Shown here piece after piece: positions 47,293 through 61,300 of a stretch of DNA of 64,000 nt. A program made the translations under genes and the position numbers. Position 1 is the first letter of the stretch, and each line of letters begins with the position of its first letter. The stretch is taken from contig JBHGNT010000003.1 in the NCBI GenBank assembly GCA_043228905.1, forward strand, positions 18,600,001 to 18,664,000, read 5' to 3'. This stretch comes from Azolla caroliniana. Taxonomy: Eukaryota; Plantae; Polypodiophyta. The notes below the pieces were generated by a model. It was given only the letters and a program-made list of their open reading frames with translations, had not been told where the DNA came from and made no database searches.

Positions 47293-50200
47293 GTTGTCGA
47301 TTCTGGAGCGTCGTTCCACCTGACCCCGGACCGGAAATGCTTCTCATCCTACACCAGCCCGGTGAGCACGGCTGTGTCCGGATGGGGAATGAAGGTACAT
47401 GCCGAATTGTCGGCATAGGAGACGTGTGGTTGACAACACCAACCGGATGCAAGTTGTTGCTGAAGGATGTCTGACACGTTCTGAAGGTTCGACTGAACCT
47501 GATATCAGTCGATCGGCTAGATGATGAAGGCTACACAGGTAGCATTCGGAACGGAGTCATGAAGTTCAGCAAAGGGAGCCTAATAGTGGCTCGGGCCCGG
47601 AAAGTCAACACTCTATATACCTAATGAATGCCCGGTTATGCCGGGAAGAAGTGAACGTTGCATCACACACTGCCGGTGAGCTGTGGCACAAGAGACTGTG
47701 TCACATGAGGGAGAAGGGGATGAAGAGGCTTGCCGATGACAACCTCATTCCGTGAAAGACGTGCATCTTGAGAAGTGCACCGACTACCTGGCCGGTAAGC
47801 AAAACCGGACCTCCTTCCGCTCAAGGCCACCAATGAGACGTAATGCACCATTGGAGCCGGTGCATACCGATGTGTGTCAAGTGGACACGAAGTCACATGC
47901 TAGATCGCAATACTTCGTGACATTCATAGACGACCACAACCAGAAGTTGTGGGGCACACCATTGAAGATGAAGGATCAGGTGTTATCCGTCTTCAAGGAG
48001 ATCCACGCAAGAGTGGAAAGAGAAACTGGCCGGAAGTTGAAGGCGGTTCGAGCAGATAACGGAGGAGAATACCGGGGGCAGTTCAAGGAGTACTACCACT
48101 CAAAGGGAATCCAGCTCGAATTTACCGTGCCGAAGACGTTGGAACTAAACGGGCTGGCCGAGAGGATGAACCAGACCATAATGGAGAGGGTCCGGAGTAT
48201 GCTAGCACATGCCAAGTTACCCAAGACGTTTTGGGTTGAGGCGCTTACGACAGCAACGTACATGATAAATAGATCACCCTCAGTACCCTTGGACGGAGAC
48301 ATGCCACAGAGAGTATGGACTGGTAAGGAAGTGTCTTACCGGCATCTGAAGGTGTTCGGGTGTCTCGCTTACGTGCAAGTGGCAAAGGACCGGAGAGCAA
48401 AGTTGGATCCAAAGTCTCGGCCTTGCATATTCCTGGGATACGGCGATGATGAGTTCAGTTACCGAGTGTGGGACCCCGTCGACAAGAAGGTGTTCTGGAG
48501 TCGAGATATTATCTTCATGGAGGACAAGACCCTTGCCGACTAGGACTCGAAGAAGAAGATAATGAACTCCGAGTCGACCGGTAAGGATCGGTTCGATGAG
48601 ATGCAAACCCAACCGGCAAAGAGCCGGTTAACACTCGAAGAACCGGCCGGTTACGGAGAGGACATCGAACTGGCAGAAGAAGAAGAGGAAGCAGGAACCG
48701 GAACCGGCCAAGATCCCGAATCGGATTTGGATGAAACAGAGGAGCTAGTTGCCAGAAACCAAAGACGCAGATATCCTCTCAGAGAGAGAAGGGCCCCCCG
48801 GAGATTTCTGGATCCAGAGCATGTACTGCTAACCGATCAGGGGGAGCCGGAAAGCTTCGAAGAAGCTAAGAGAGACACCCACAGCCACAAGTGGTCGAGT
48901 GCCATGCAGGACAAGATGGATTCCATGCATGAGAACCACATGTATGAATTTGTTGAGTTGCCGAAAGGAAAGAGGGCACTCCGAAAGAAAAGTGGGTGTA
49001 CAAGCTGAAACCGGGAGATGCCGACAACCCCCCAAGATACAAAGCTAGGATCGTGGTGAAGGGGTTCCACCAGAAGAAGGGCATGGACTTCGACGAGATA
49101 TTTGCCCTGGTAGTAAAGATGACTTCCATCCGGACGGTATTGAGCATAGCGGCAAGCATGGACCTCGAGGTAGAGCAATTAGACGTGAAGACGGCGTTCC
49201 TCCACGACGACCTCAAAGAGGAGATCTACATGCAGCAACTGGAGGGATTTGTGAAGAAAGGGAAGGAGCACCTGGTTTGTCAGTTGAAGAAGAGCCTCTA
49301 CGGTTTGAAGCAGGCTCCCCGGTAATGGTACCGGAAGTTCGACTCCTTCATGACCGATCAAGGGTACCACAAGACGCATGCCGATCACTGCGTATTTGTG
49401 AAGAAGTTTGAAGGTGGAGACTTCCTGATACTCCTCCTGTACGTGGACGACATGTTGATCGTTGAACGAGACCAAGTCAAGATACGGACGCTGAAGAAAG
49501 CTCTGAATCAGACCTTCTCAATGAAAGACTTGGGTCCGGCAAGACAGATACTGGGGATGCATATCATCCAAGACCGGTCAAAGAAGCAATTGTGGTTGTC
49601 ACAGGAGAAGTACGTGACAAAGGTGCTTCAACGGTTCAACATGTTAGAAGCAAAACCAGTCGGATCGACACTCCCGGCAAACTGCAGATTATCAGGTAAG
49701 CAAAGCCCGAAGACGAAGGTAGAGAAGGTAGATATGATGAAGATACCATATGCCTCTGCCGTCGGGAGCTTAATATACGCAATGGTGTGTACCCAACCGG
49801 ATATCGGATACACAGTTAGAGTGGTGAGCCGGTTCATGAACAATACCGGCAGAGAGCACTGGAACGCAGTGAAGTGGATACTCCGGTACTTGAAAGGCAC
49901 CTCAAGTATGTGCCTCCGATTCGGCTCCGGTAAACCCCAACTTGACGGTTTCACAGATTCGGATATGTCGGCTGATGCGGACACCAGCCGGTCAACTTCC
50001 AGATATGTCATGACCTATGCAAGGGGAGCCGTTTCGTGGCAGTCGAGGCTGCTGAAGACGGTTGTGTTGTCAACCATGGAGGCGGAGTACATGGCAACCG
50101 TGGAAGCCGGCAAGGAAATATTATGGATGAAGGACTTCATCGGAGAGCTAGGGCTCCGGCAAGAGGAATACTAGCTCTACTGCGACAATCAAAGTGCCAT

Positions 50201-50665
50201 CCACCTTGCAAAGAACGCGGCATACCATTCCAGAACGAAGCACATCCAACGTAGGTACCATTGGATCCGGGAGCAAGTAGAAGATCGAGAGTTCGTGATG
50301 ACGAAGATCCACACGGAGGAGAACGGATCGGATATGTTGACCAAGTTGTTGACACTCGACAAGTTGGACGCATGCCGGAAGCGGATCGGACTGACGAGGT
50401 ATCCCATGCCGGAGTGAAGGGGGAGTTTGTTAGGATTTCGGTCCTTCCAGATGGGATATGATTACCCGGCAAGGAAGACCCGGTGAGAACCTCTCACCAG
50501 ATGAAGGGACATATAGGTAAATATGTTTCTGAGAGCCCATTAGGGTTCTATTTGTAAATAGTCCTAATGTCATATTACTATAAATATGACCTAGGGCAAA
50601 CACTATATGGTGTGTTGTCATTATTTGTTGTATAGAATTATTGAGTGTAATTGTTGTACAGAGTG

Positions 50666-50711
<46 letters not shown>

Positions 50712-52946
50712 CAAAGTGAGTCTCTGTTGTAATTGCCACCAGGCAAAGATTGTGAGCAAGAGGTTGTTGCCTCTGTGTTCACCTGTTGTATTACTCTCGA
50801 CATAGTGATAGTTGGAGTTTGTGGACTCCCATGGTTTTTCCCATTTAGGGTTTTCCACGTAAACATATTGTGTACCCTCTCTCATATTGTCTGTGTGTAC
50901 GTGTATTCACCTCCATTCCCATTCTCGGTGTTCGATTCGAAACGACACGATCTGAGACTCGATTGTGGCCGAGTAATATTCCGCATATTTCGTGTCAAGT
51001 CCGACACCCATCGAAACCGGAACCGGAACCCAACAAAGACGAAATCCAACTTTCCAATGACTAGAAGTTGAGCTTGAATGGGCGTGTTGAGATTCAAACT
51101 CAACTTAACCTAGTGTGGGAACACACCCTAAGAATATGTGAAGTGTGTGAACATATCACCATTATGTAACATAACTAATATGAAAAAAACCCAAACCCTA
51201 TGACAGATAGTTATTGAGGTAGTTAAGGTTTGCCCCCTTTCCCGAGAGGTAGTTTTAGTAAGAGAATGTAGACAGAAGGTGACTATATAAGCACCTTCCC
51301 CTCTCCATTGTCACGTGTTGGTTGTTATTCTTTTCTTGTTAATATACAATTTACGTTTTCTGTCTATTTCCTATATACTCTCTTCACACACACACACACA
51401 TGTCTAATCCATTTCCGTTGCACATAATCACATAGTTGATTATTTACACATTTCTTTATTAGAACTTTACATCTAGATTAATTGTATCAAGCACCTCAAC
51501 TAGTCAAGTAGGTCATTTGTCCCATTTTTTGACTCTTAACAGTATCTCTTGCTAATGGTTCAATGTGGTCTAAAAACTTAACCTTATGGGGAATCATTTC
51601 ATGTGTCCACTACCTCCACCACTTGGCCAAGGCCTTTTGTTCGTCTTTGGTTTCATATCTATGCATCTTATGGTCTTTATAATTACATAAAGCATTAGAG
51701 TTTGGAGAGAAATGGTTTATAGATTCATGGGCTTATAAATTTAAAATACAAAAATGACGATGTAAAGTTTGTGGGTCCAAATCCACTTAAGCAAGTCTCA
51801 TGTTGTGTTGGTGCTATCAAAACCCCATGTTTATAGTTGTGTGATCATGCTCACCAACCATTTGTAAAAGTAGGACTTTGTCAATTTATTATCTCAATTG
51901 TGCCATAATTTAGATTTTCAAATTGGATCATAAAGAGATGATGGGAGGAAATGTGGATATGAGCTTAGATCATTTCCACCAGACATGGCCCATGCTCATA
52001 CTTTGCTTGATTTAGGTGAAATGTTTGGGAAACACTTATTTGTTAATCAACAACTCTCTTGTGCATGATAACTCTTGCGTTCATGCACATGAAGTTGTAA
52101 GAAACATGTATTAAAGACCTATAGGAATCTAGCAAAAAAACATACTTCTATCAAACTTATGCAACCTATAAATAGTCTCAACCAAAAAGGTTGAAAATTC
52201 AACTCACAATCTGGCAAACTAGGTTACCTTCTGCCCGACACTCGAGTATATCCATACGATCTGAGTTGATGGGTCAAGGTTAAATTAATATTTGCTCTGA
52301 CAAACCCATCTTCTCCCTAGGTCAAGACTTTGGAGTAGCTTTAGACAATCGTATTATTGTGCATTTTTTTCCTAGTAAGCTCTCAACCTTTCGTGATAGT
52401 ACAATTCATAATATTTGAGATTAAATTATGGGCCATTTCAACAATCACATTTGTTTCATATCTCCAAGCACTATTCGTTGGGACAAACATCACATTTTCA
52501 ATCGTGTGTCCAATCAAGAGCCATGCTTGCAAAAACTTTGATAATTGTACAACAAACATTTTGCTTCACATTTTGACTAATAGTATGTACTATGTAGTTA
52601 TATGTCTCGAATGACGAGGCCTGATTTAGATGTTATCCCTCATATCACATTTTATTTGAAGCTTTCCAAGAGTTTATTGATAGAATAACTATAGCCAACA
52701 AACAAGGTTCAAAAGCACAATTCATTATATACTCTAGTCATGGAGGGACCAATTATAACTTTTCACGGTGGTCTTTATTTGTAATGATGGTGCCCATAGT
52801 TCATGGAAATTGAAACTAGTATATTAAATTGAGTTAAAACTAATAGAATATTAGACATGAAAAAATGAAGCAATATATCTAAACTCGAATGTTTCATAGG
52901 TTTCTAGGACTTGTCTTTCCAAAAAAAGGCTTCTATGACTTTCCAT

Positions 52947-53278
52947 ACATAATTTTGATCAAGTTTACAGACATCTAACCTCACCATATTTAAGAGTATT
53001 GGTAAAAATCCCGAATGCAAACATTTATCCATCGTCCATAAATCTTCAAAGAAGTTCCCATGCCTTACTAAGGCTATATTTCCATTTCAATGATATTTTC
53101 CATTGGAAGACACATAATTTTGATCAAGCTTACAGACATCTAACCTCACCATATTTAAGAGTATTGGTAAAAATCCCGAATGCAAACACTTATCCATCGT
53201 TCATAAATCTTCAAAGAAGTTCCCATGCCTTACTAAGGCTATATTTCCATTTCAATGATATTGTCCATTGGAAGACAC
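52947..53278. repeat. 165-bp direct tandem duplication
   Basis: ACATAATTTTGATCAAG...CATTGGAAGACAC occurs twice (52947, 53112), near-identical. Confidence 0.95.
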
Positions 53279-54627
53279 ACTTCTAAGTCCTAGCAATCCA
53301 ATGAAACATCAACTAACTTTGTCCACACTCATCTTCACACCAAATAACTTCATTTCACATTTCAGATCATCACCAATGCCAAGTATATGAACCTTGATTC
53401 ATTTATCGTGGATTGTAGAGCTAATACTCGATATAAAACTTTGCTACTTTTTTCACCATCCCATTCGATTTGTGAATCACTAAATTTTTTGGGTGTATCA
53501 CCAAATGTTGTTATGACTAGCTACTCAAGACTGGCCATCTACTGGGCCACACTCCAACTTTAAATGCTTGGCAGAGCTTAACTGCAAAACATTCAAATTC
53601 AGCTCGAATAAAAACAAAGAAACCCAAATGTTTTGCCAGCACTGTGGAAGATATCACAATCTATCAGAAACCTTGTCAATGACAAGCCTCAAAAGATACG
53701 AGTAAAGAGCATATGATGCATTCAAATTCAGACTCTTGTTATACAGGCATTGCCATAACTTTCCATTCATTTTAACAAGATTTAAATATGTACAGCGAAC
53801 TGATACATAAATTTGTCATACGAAAATTGCCCCATCAAAAATCATGGCACATCACATACAAGATTATATGAACAAGGTCAAAAACATGTCTTGCGGTGAA
53901 ATGAATCACTATAAGCTCACAATCTTTATTGAATGCTTTCCATTTCATCACATGACTTGTGTTTCTGCATCTCATTTCATCGTTTGAGGTTGCCATGTAC
54001 AAATTACATCATGGTATACATGGTACATAAGAGAGATCTTGCATAAAAATTCGCTCAACACGTGCACAATTCAGCATCAAAACCACCCACTTCCAACCTT
54101 ATAAAACGACCACAAAAACGAGGCAATTTATGAGTTTTTAAAAAAATTCTGTAGCTTGTTAATTCTACAAAAATTATATACACGATGCTTGTTAATATCC
54201 TCAAGTCCATTATTGATAAATTTGATGAGTCATGGAATAAATATGTAACTATATCCAATGATATACATTCAACAAATGCATAACTATATATAGTGAATGC
54301 AGCAATGCATAGTCACATACTCAATGTAGACACACACACACCATGACTCATAACCTACTTCATGCCTAAAAGTATTTCATGGCATACTGAATAAATCGTG
54401 GGTATGTATGCTCAATCCATAATGAGAAAACCACAATGCCTCACAGAGCACAAAAGAAATATATACCTTTCTCATAGTGTAGTATCTAAGGTAAAACACT
54501 ATGTTGCTGAAGTATAAACTTTCACATGCATAAACAAGTAGTGCCAAATTCTCCTACATAGATAAAGACACTCTGTAGGCCCAAACTTGACTAATGTTTT
54601 GTTTTGTCTTTTTGACTTCTTTTCAGA

Positions 54628-54768
54628 TTAATTTTGGGCTATTTGTTGATGCAAAATCGCAACAGCCGTCGCAAGTGCTTGTAGAGGCGATACGTGGGGT
54701 CGAAAACTCAGAGAGAATAGCCCCACATCCAGGATCTCTAATGACACGAGTGTGTTCGGGTTGTGCCC
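54628..54768 (-). CDS. DUF3527 family protein, coding exon 2 (46 aa + stop)
   Basis: Acceptor TTCTTGTAG|GGG; phase-0 translation GHNPNTLVSLEILDVGLFSLSFRPHVSPLQALATAVAILHQQIAQN*, matching the DUF3527 C-terminal S.LQA...VA.LH motif. Confidence 0.88.
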   Translation of the reverse strand, partial: GHNPNTLVSLEILDVGLFSLSFRPHVSPLQALATAVAILHQQIAQN

Positions 54769-54961
54769 CTACAAGAACATGTCAAAAGTGTCAAAATCCA
54801 TGGACAACATTACATAAATGAACTAATATTCACAAAACATTAGGAAGGCGTTTCACTTGAACCATAATATTTATTCACTTCATATTGACAAAAATTGAGT
54901 TACATATATAAGATCAATGAAATATAATCCATAACTAAGATTTGAATGTTTTGCATGTTAC

Positions 54962-57238
54962 CTGCGAGACAAATTGTAAGGGTTTCCGGGGTGTGAGCCA
55001 ATTGAGAAGGTCATGATTTGTAAGCATTACGCTTGTCCGAGGTTCAGGGAGCCCAAGTTTCTCCAATTTCAGGACCGACAAACCACACCCCATGTCCCAA
55101 CCCCCACAATCACAATCCCCGCCGGACAACCATCGTTGGATCAATGGGGTAGGACCACATTCCAATCCATCCATAACTACCTCACCATTCTCATTACAAT
55201 TCATGAGAAAGCCAGAAGCATCATCATCATCGATCCTTCGAGCCCAACTAGTGGCATTCTTCGACGGGAATCCATGATCTCCGGCCGGTAAAATAACTGT
55301 CACATCGGCCATAGTTTGCCTAGATTCATTCTTCGGCTTTAGGCAAAGCTTCTTCGAGACATTCTCCGGATAATCACAAGCATAGATCTGCATTGGATTG
55401 CAATGAGGTCGATTAATTAGACCCTCAGAGTCATAGCCTCGAGCCTTCGACGATTTGTCGAGGAATCTCATACCCCAACCACCACCCTTCCGGCCGAGAA
55501 ATTTGGCGCCCCAACCGAGTGTATCTTTACGATCTCGATCGAGAAGCGCAGGATGGGGCCTTAAATCATTCGCACATGATGTGATAACAATGGCTGCAAG
55601 CTCAATTCTCTGCTTATGTGCCTTCCTAGTAATGGAGAAATCATCTTCGGCATCTCTGCTCCAATGCGATTTCGCAGCTAACAATGCATCATGATCATCT
55701 GACCTTCTTCTTCGGCCTCTGGCATCCATGGATACTAGACCTAACCCTAACCCTAACCCTAACACATCTCTAGTTTGCAGCTTTAATCCATCGCCACTGT
55801 GGGGATGAGATTTAGGTTCCCTTCTTCGGTAAAGAACAAACCGCGTTTCGATCAGTCCATTCAGTAATCTCCCATCATTGGGTCGGAATCGAAGGTTCTG
55901 ATCTGCATCACAAACCTTCATCTTTCCTAGATTAGACTCCATGGTTTCCTGTTTTGGCAAGAAGAAGCCATTCTTGGCTTGCCCGCTGTCTCTCCTTGAA
56001 TGGAATGTGTAGACCCAACTGTGCTGCTTCTGCTTCTTTGGCCTGCTTGCCCTCACAAAGAAGACCTCATCAGAAGCATCCATGGAGAAGCTATAGCATG
56101 GAGATCCGCCCTGTTCAGAGAACCTCAAGACGCCCTTCACGAAAGAGGAGGGGAGCTCCCCTCGGAAAGGTGTGGAGAGCTTCGATTTGAAGGCAAAAGA
56201 AGTGGGATCTGCTTCAGATTTAGAGGAGGTATGGCGGATTTTAGGGTAAATCTTGGGAGATGATGGATCCTCTCCATGGTTCTGCAGAGCTATGGCGGTG
56301 AGCCTACTGTTGACATAGCTGAAATCCTCGTCCAAATTGGAGTAAGATCCACCATTGCGATGGGGCTCAGACAGTTGTGAGAAAGGCTCAATTTGGTGGT
56401 GTTCAATCCCGTCATCGACAGGGAGCTCTTGCGAGGAGGCAGTTGCCCATGACTCTGAGTCGCTGCTCCATCCTCCATCGCCGGCAAGACCATCTCCATG
56501 GACTGGCGATGGAGCTCTCTGCAGTGAAGTAGGATTGAATGTGGAGGAAGCATCCTTCCCTGTGGTGCAGCAGAAGGAATCGAAGCCATAATCCTTGCAT
56601 CCACATGGTAATGGCTTGTCATTAGTATGCTCAAATGACACAGACGCACCTCTGCCCGTTGCCCTAAGGTATTCACTGGCATTCTCTTTCACAGAATTCT
56701 CCGGCAGCTTTCCCTCTCCATCGCCATGGAGATCCGTCGAAAGCTCGCCTCTGAACAGGGATTGAAACCCCCCCTCTTCGCAGAAAGCCTCCTTGCAGGG
56801 ATGCTTCCTACCCTCCTCTGTAGAAAAGAATCGAGAGCAACCTTGAGCGTATGCAGGTATTATATCCGGAGAGTGAAGCAGATCACATCTGCTCGAGAAA
56901 GACGATGATTCTTGAGTGGATAGTGACAGCGATGAAGATGAGGAGCTCTCGCTAGCTGGAGAAGGTGAGAATCTGCAGCATTCGCAGTGGCCATACCAAT
57001 TGCTATGGCTGTGGACACCATCACCATGGGAGCTTGCCGACCTCCATTTCTCGTCAGTGAGAGGTGACCATAGCCATTGATCCTCCCAGAACCTATCCAT
57101 ACTGGGATGTCCTGTACTCCTGCTGCCTTCGCGGCTCTCCTGCACCTTGCTCATCTTCTTCTTCTCCTTCTTCTCCATCTCCAGAAGCTTTGAATTCTGA
57201 AGGAAAATCTGTAACGCCATGTTATCTTCAGATTCCAT
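54962..57238 (-). CDS. DUF3527 family protein, coding exon 1 (759 codons)
   Basis: Plant DUF3527 motifs VYTFHS, ELAAIV, VILPAGDHG, GPTPLIQRWLSGGDCDCGGWDMGC; exon ends CAG|GTAAC (donor at 54961). The start codon is taken from the ORF track. Confidence 0.88.
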
Positions 57239-58038
57239 GGATGGATCACTGTGATGGTGAGGTTCGCGAATCAGGAGGCGACAGGCAGTATGAAAGCAAA
57301 CCTAACGATTTAATTCAACGCTTTCACTCTATGAGATTTCTTGACTCCATGAAAGCTCCCATTTCTAGGTATATACACAGTTTAATTTCACAGTTTTCCG
57401 CTGAAACTCCGAATCTGACGCTAGAGGAGATTTGTTATCAGGCATAAGATGATTCTTCAGCATTAGATATCCATGAAAGTTCTAGTTTAACAGATAATGT
57501 ATTCAATTTCTGCGTCTAAATGTATATAATTCTGTAACAGAAAGTGTATAGCCATAGCCAAATAGAAAACTCAGGAATTGAGCAGGCTAAACATGTTTCT
57601 CATACACAGTTAATAGCTGTTCTGATTAGATATAGTTCAACCACGACACATTAACAGTTGGGTTAGTTAAGATTATTAGCTTAACCCCAAACCATAAAAA
57701 GGCGGATTAGTTTGACGCTCCAAATTAAGACAAGAACTAATAATGCAGATTTTTAGCTGGATTTTGACAGTCAGATTAAGGTATGGGTGTAAGACGGATG
57801 AAGGCGCTTGGATTCAAAGCTCCAAAGGACCCATCGAAACAAGTGGATATGGATTGGTGGATGGATGGATTGCGTGATGACACAGAGATGAATCAAATAA
57901 TTGGGCTGGGATGGAAAGACAATGCAGAGAAATGGGGAAGGAAACCAGCTCAGTTAGAGTAAAAGACTTGTGAATATGAGACACAAATTTGCTCTGTTTC
58001 TTTTCGTTTAGAAATAAGGCATCGATCAAACTTCACTG

Positions 58039-58390
58039 TTAACCATGGTAAGGACGACAGACCAAATCCTTAACTCTGGGGTCAACCAGATTTAACCATG
58101 GTTACAATCAACCATACCCTGGTTAAGTAAAGACCTTTCATCTCACCCCCAGATGTACGTAACCATGGTTAAACTTGAAGGATCATAGCCATGGTTAATA
58201 TATGTATACTTCCTCGAGTAGCATTAACCATGGTTAAAACCTAAGCATTACTGTGGTTTAGCCATGGTTAACAATTCCCCGCACCCCAATCATTTAACCA
58301 TGGTTTGACGTGGCAAACACATTCAGCTAGGCTCAGACATTAACCATGGTTAGTGCTGGGGTGCTTAGGATTTATCGCTAACCATGGTTA
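58039..58390. repeat. Array of nine TTA(A/G)CCATGGTTAA palindromes with non-repetitive spacers
   Basis: Copies at ~58039, 58092, 58160, 58186, 58224, 58258, 58294, 58340 and 58379. Confidence 0.9.
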
Positions 58391-61300
58391 CAATTTAACT
58401 CGTCCCTTCCATAATTTACTTCTTATATTTAAAGGGCCATGATTAAAAAGGAAATAAGTATTTCCTCTAACGAAATTAACTGCCATTTATTTATATTTCT
58501 TTCCCTTCAGTCTATTTTAATTTTTTTTCGTCTTTTATTTTTGCCAATTTGTTTTTTCATGATATAATTGTAAGATCTTACACGTATGGGAATTTATTAT
58601 AATTTAAAATATTTGAATATCCCTAAAATCCTTTCTTTTTGTTTATGTTTTTATTTTTTTTACTCGCTTGGATAATTGGGATTCGAGAGAAAATAAAAAT
58701 TAAAAACATATTTGTTTTTTCTTTTGCACGCGTTTTGAATATGTATATCTATTTATTTATTTTATTTGGGGGTGATGATTTGTTTTTTATGAATAACAAG
58801 TTAAGTTGAATTTAGATTTAATTTAAATTAAATCAAATTAAATTGGCGGCAGGCGAGGACCACAAAGGAGAATATGCATTTGTATTTATTCCTCTTTTTT
58901 CTTTTTTCTTTTTTCTTTTTTTTTGGGATTAATTAATTTTATTCTTATTATGTCCTTATTACGTAAGGGGATGACTACTTTAAATATATCATTAATGATT
59001 AAGATATAATAATGAAAGAAGAATGTTAAATGTGTGGGCGGAGGGGGGCAGCCGCCGGCCGCCTCCACCCAAGTGTGAACACAAACACGGACAAAACAAT
59101 TTCTTTTTAACAAACCAATGTTTTTACAAAACAAAACAAAAAAAAAAAAAACAATTACTTTAATAAAAGACAAGTAAATAAATAAATAAAAGTATAGCAC
59201 CCCTCTTTACCTCAACCCACAAATTTGCATGGGTACCATCCTATCCATCCCTCTTTTCCTACAGAGAAGGCTCGTGGATCCTAACTCTCACAATATGAAT
59301 CGAAGAAGATACTAATGCATACATATACTAAGAGTTTGTTACAAGACACCTATGTTGTTTTCGGCATCTAGGGGATTGATTAGTAAGGATCTAGGTTAGG
59401 TTAAAGGTCACGATGAAGGTTATAACTTATACCCATAGATTCCTACAGTCATGTGACAAATCTAAAAGATACCAATGTATCCTAAGAGTTTGTTGAGCAC
59501 CTTTGTTGTGAGCATCTATGGGAGAAGTGAAGACCGAAACGTAAGATCATGATGAAGGTTATATTCTTGGTAATATGCATCTACACGCCATATTGTGCAA
59601 GCAACCAAAGACCTAGTTGTTGATTAAATCATGATTTGTTTCCTCTATTGTTCAACTTCATAATACGTTACCTCTTACAATTCGCCGCATGACTTAATTG
59701 CTAGAATGTCTAACCATATTGAAATGTTTATCAATATGAATGGGAAGTTTGATCAAGTTAACGAGTGTCATAACCAAGCATTGATGTGTCATTGCGGTTA
59801 ACCACCATGACACCCTACCTGTGGTAATGGGGCCTCTTCAATAAGCACACGTGCCATTGATATGCTTGGTAACCAAAAAAGTAGATGCACCAATTCATTT
59901 CCCAACCACTACTTTGCATAATGTGCATGCTCATATATAGCGTGCATGTCATTGGTATGTATCATATTATGTTCACACTAATGGGTGCTCACAACCAATG
60001 TCAGCCGAGGTCATAGGATGGACAAGTCATCACATTCATCATCCAAAATATCATTGCAATTTGCTATAATTGTAGAGACTATCCAAATTCCTTGACCTCT
60101 AGCAAACTACAATGTGATGTGGTGTTCTAACATTTAGAGATTTACACAAGCTACATACAATGGTGGATCATACATAGTAAGAGCCATGTCTTGCTAGAGA
60201 ATTCTATCTTTCTCATGGATTATGGGTTATGGATAATTGAATTGGCTTTAATGGGCGGGGAATTAGACTCATCAATTTCAAGCAAATATCATTTACCTTG
60301 GGAGCTTCACAAGTCTTCTATTGAAGTACAAGGTGAGGCTTCAACCAACTATCTCTTTTGTCTACCACCTCAATTGATCCAGGTACATTTGTATTTGTCA
60401 TACTCTTTTGGGCATGTTAATATGCATAACAAGTTCTTGTGGTAAACTTCTCTAGTTATTTATTCTCCCACCTTTGAGTTTCATTTTATGTTTTATGCTC
60501 GTGGGTGGAAGCCTCTTGAGAGTAGCATGGCTTAATTTAGAAGATAAACTACATTTGGCTACTTTGAAAGGATTTGCACTCATTAAACATATGCAACCGA
60601 CCTAGATTTACGATGACTCTAGGAAGATATTGGCAATGCCAAAATCTACGAGGGCCTAAGGGTGTGGGAAGTGCCTAATTGTATTATGTTTTAGATATCA
60701 AGGTTCTTCCTAAGGGAAGTATGGGGTACTCTATGTGATCATGTAACTTTGGGGATATGTAAAATTGAGAAATATATAAAGTGCATTCAGCTATTAATGT
60801 TTTACAACAAGAAGAGCAATGACAATTAGTTTAGCCCAAATCAACAAGTTGTCATCCAGATTGATAAAGTGTACATGCTAGAGACACCCCCAAAATAGGT
60901 TAACACTTCAAAATCCTTGTGATTGATCTATTCATTAAGAGGTTGCAATTCTTAAGTTGGGATCTAGTACCTATTTTGCTCACATAGTCTATTTTGGTAA
61001 TGCTAAGATACATTTTGTAAGGAGCATGCGGAGGTGGATGACTTGTAACTTTATCATCATGACTCGATTAAGGTAACATTTATAAATCTCGTCCATGAGT
61101 GAACGTTTCAAATAAAGAATTTGTTTTATTGCATAAATAACCAATAGTTTGTTTGCATCAATTGCGTACATGTTCCACGTTACTCTAAGTGTAACCGATT
61201 TATGTACATCCTTTCAATGTATTACCATGTTTAGAGCTTACCTATAAATTGAGGTAAAATTTTCTTATGTATTTGATCCTCATCGTAAATTGAGCCAATA

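Larger units (their letters stand above)
37158..50997 (+). mobile_element. Copia family A2 (Tnt1/Tork-like) full-length element hosting a LINE and element B2
   Basis: 5' LTR 37158-40106 (split by the LINE), PBS 40110-40121, gag 40137-41010 with CFYCGKPGHFQKNC, PR resumes 47298 (DSGASFH), INT 47752-48543, RT/RH 48996-50417, PPT, 3' LTR 50428-50997; TSD AGTCG/AGTCC. Confidence 0.93.
32706..51448 (+). mobile_element. Old family C-related copia (G), 5'-truncated; outermost host of the 33-51 kb nest
   Basis: PR WFVHSGASNH 32732; INT 34196-35150; RT/RH 35803-37067; 3' spacer split by element A2; degenerate PPT, then LTR TGTTGAGATTC 51085 to TTTACA ~51448. Confidence 0.75.

Noticed and set aside
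51449-52946. Possible highly decayed LINE or other TE remnant (likewise 59300-61500)
   Set aside because: No motif could be read with confidence by eye.
55739-55763. (CCCTAA)n telomere-like repeat
   Set aside because: It has only ~4 units and lies within the CDS encoding LGLGLGL; a coding microsatellite.
58039-58390. CRISPR array interpretation of the palindrome cluster
   Set aside because: The repeat is only 12-14 bp, spacer lengths are very uneven, there are no cas genes and the context is eukaryotic; kept as a regulatory/repeat finding instead.
59030-59075. GC-rich hairpin-like island in AT-rich DNA (possible Helitron end)
   Set aside because: No CTRR terminus or matching 5' end was identified.
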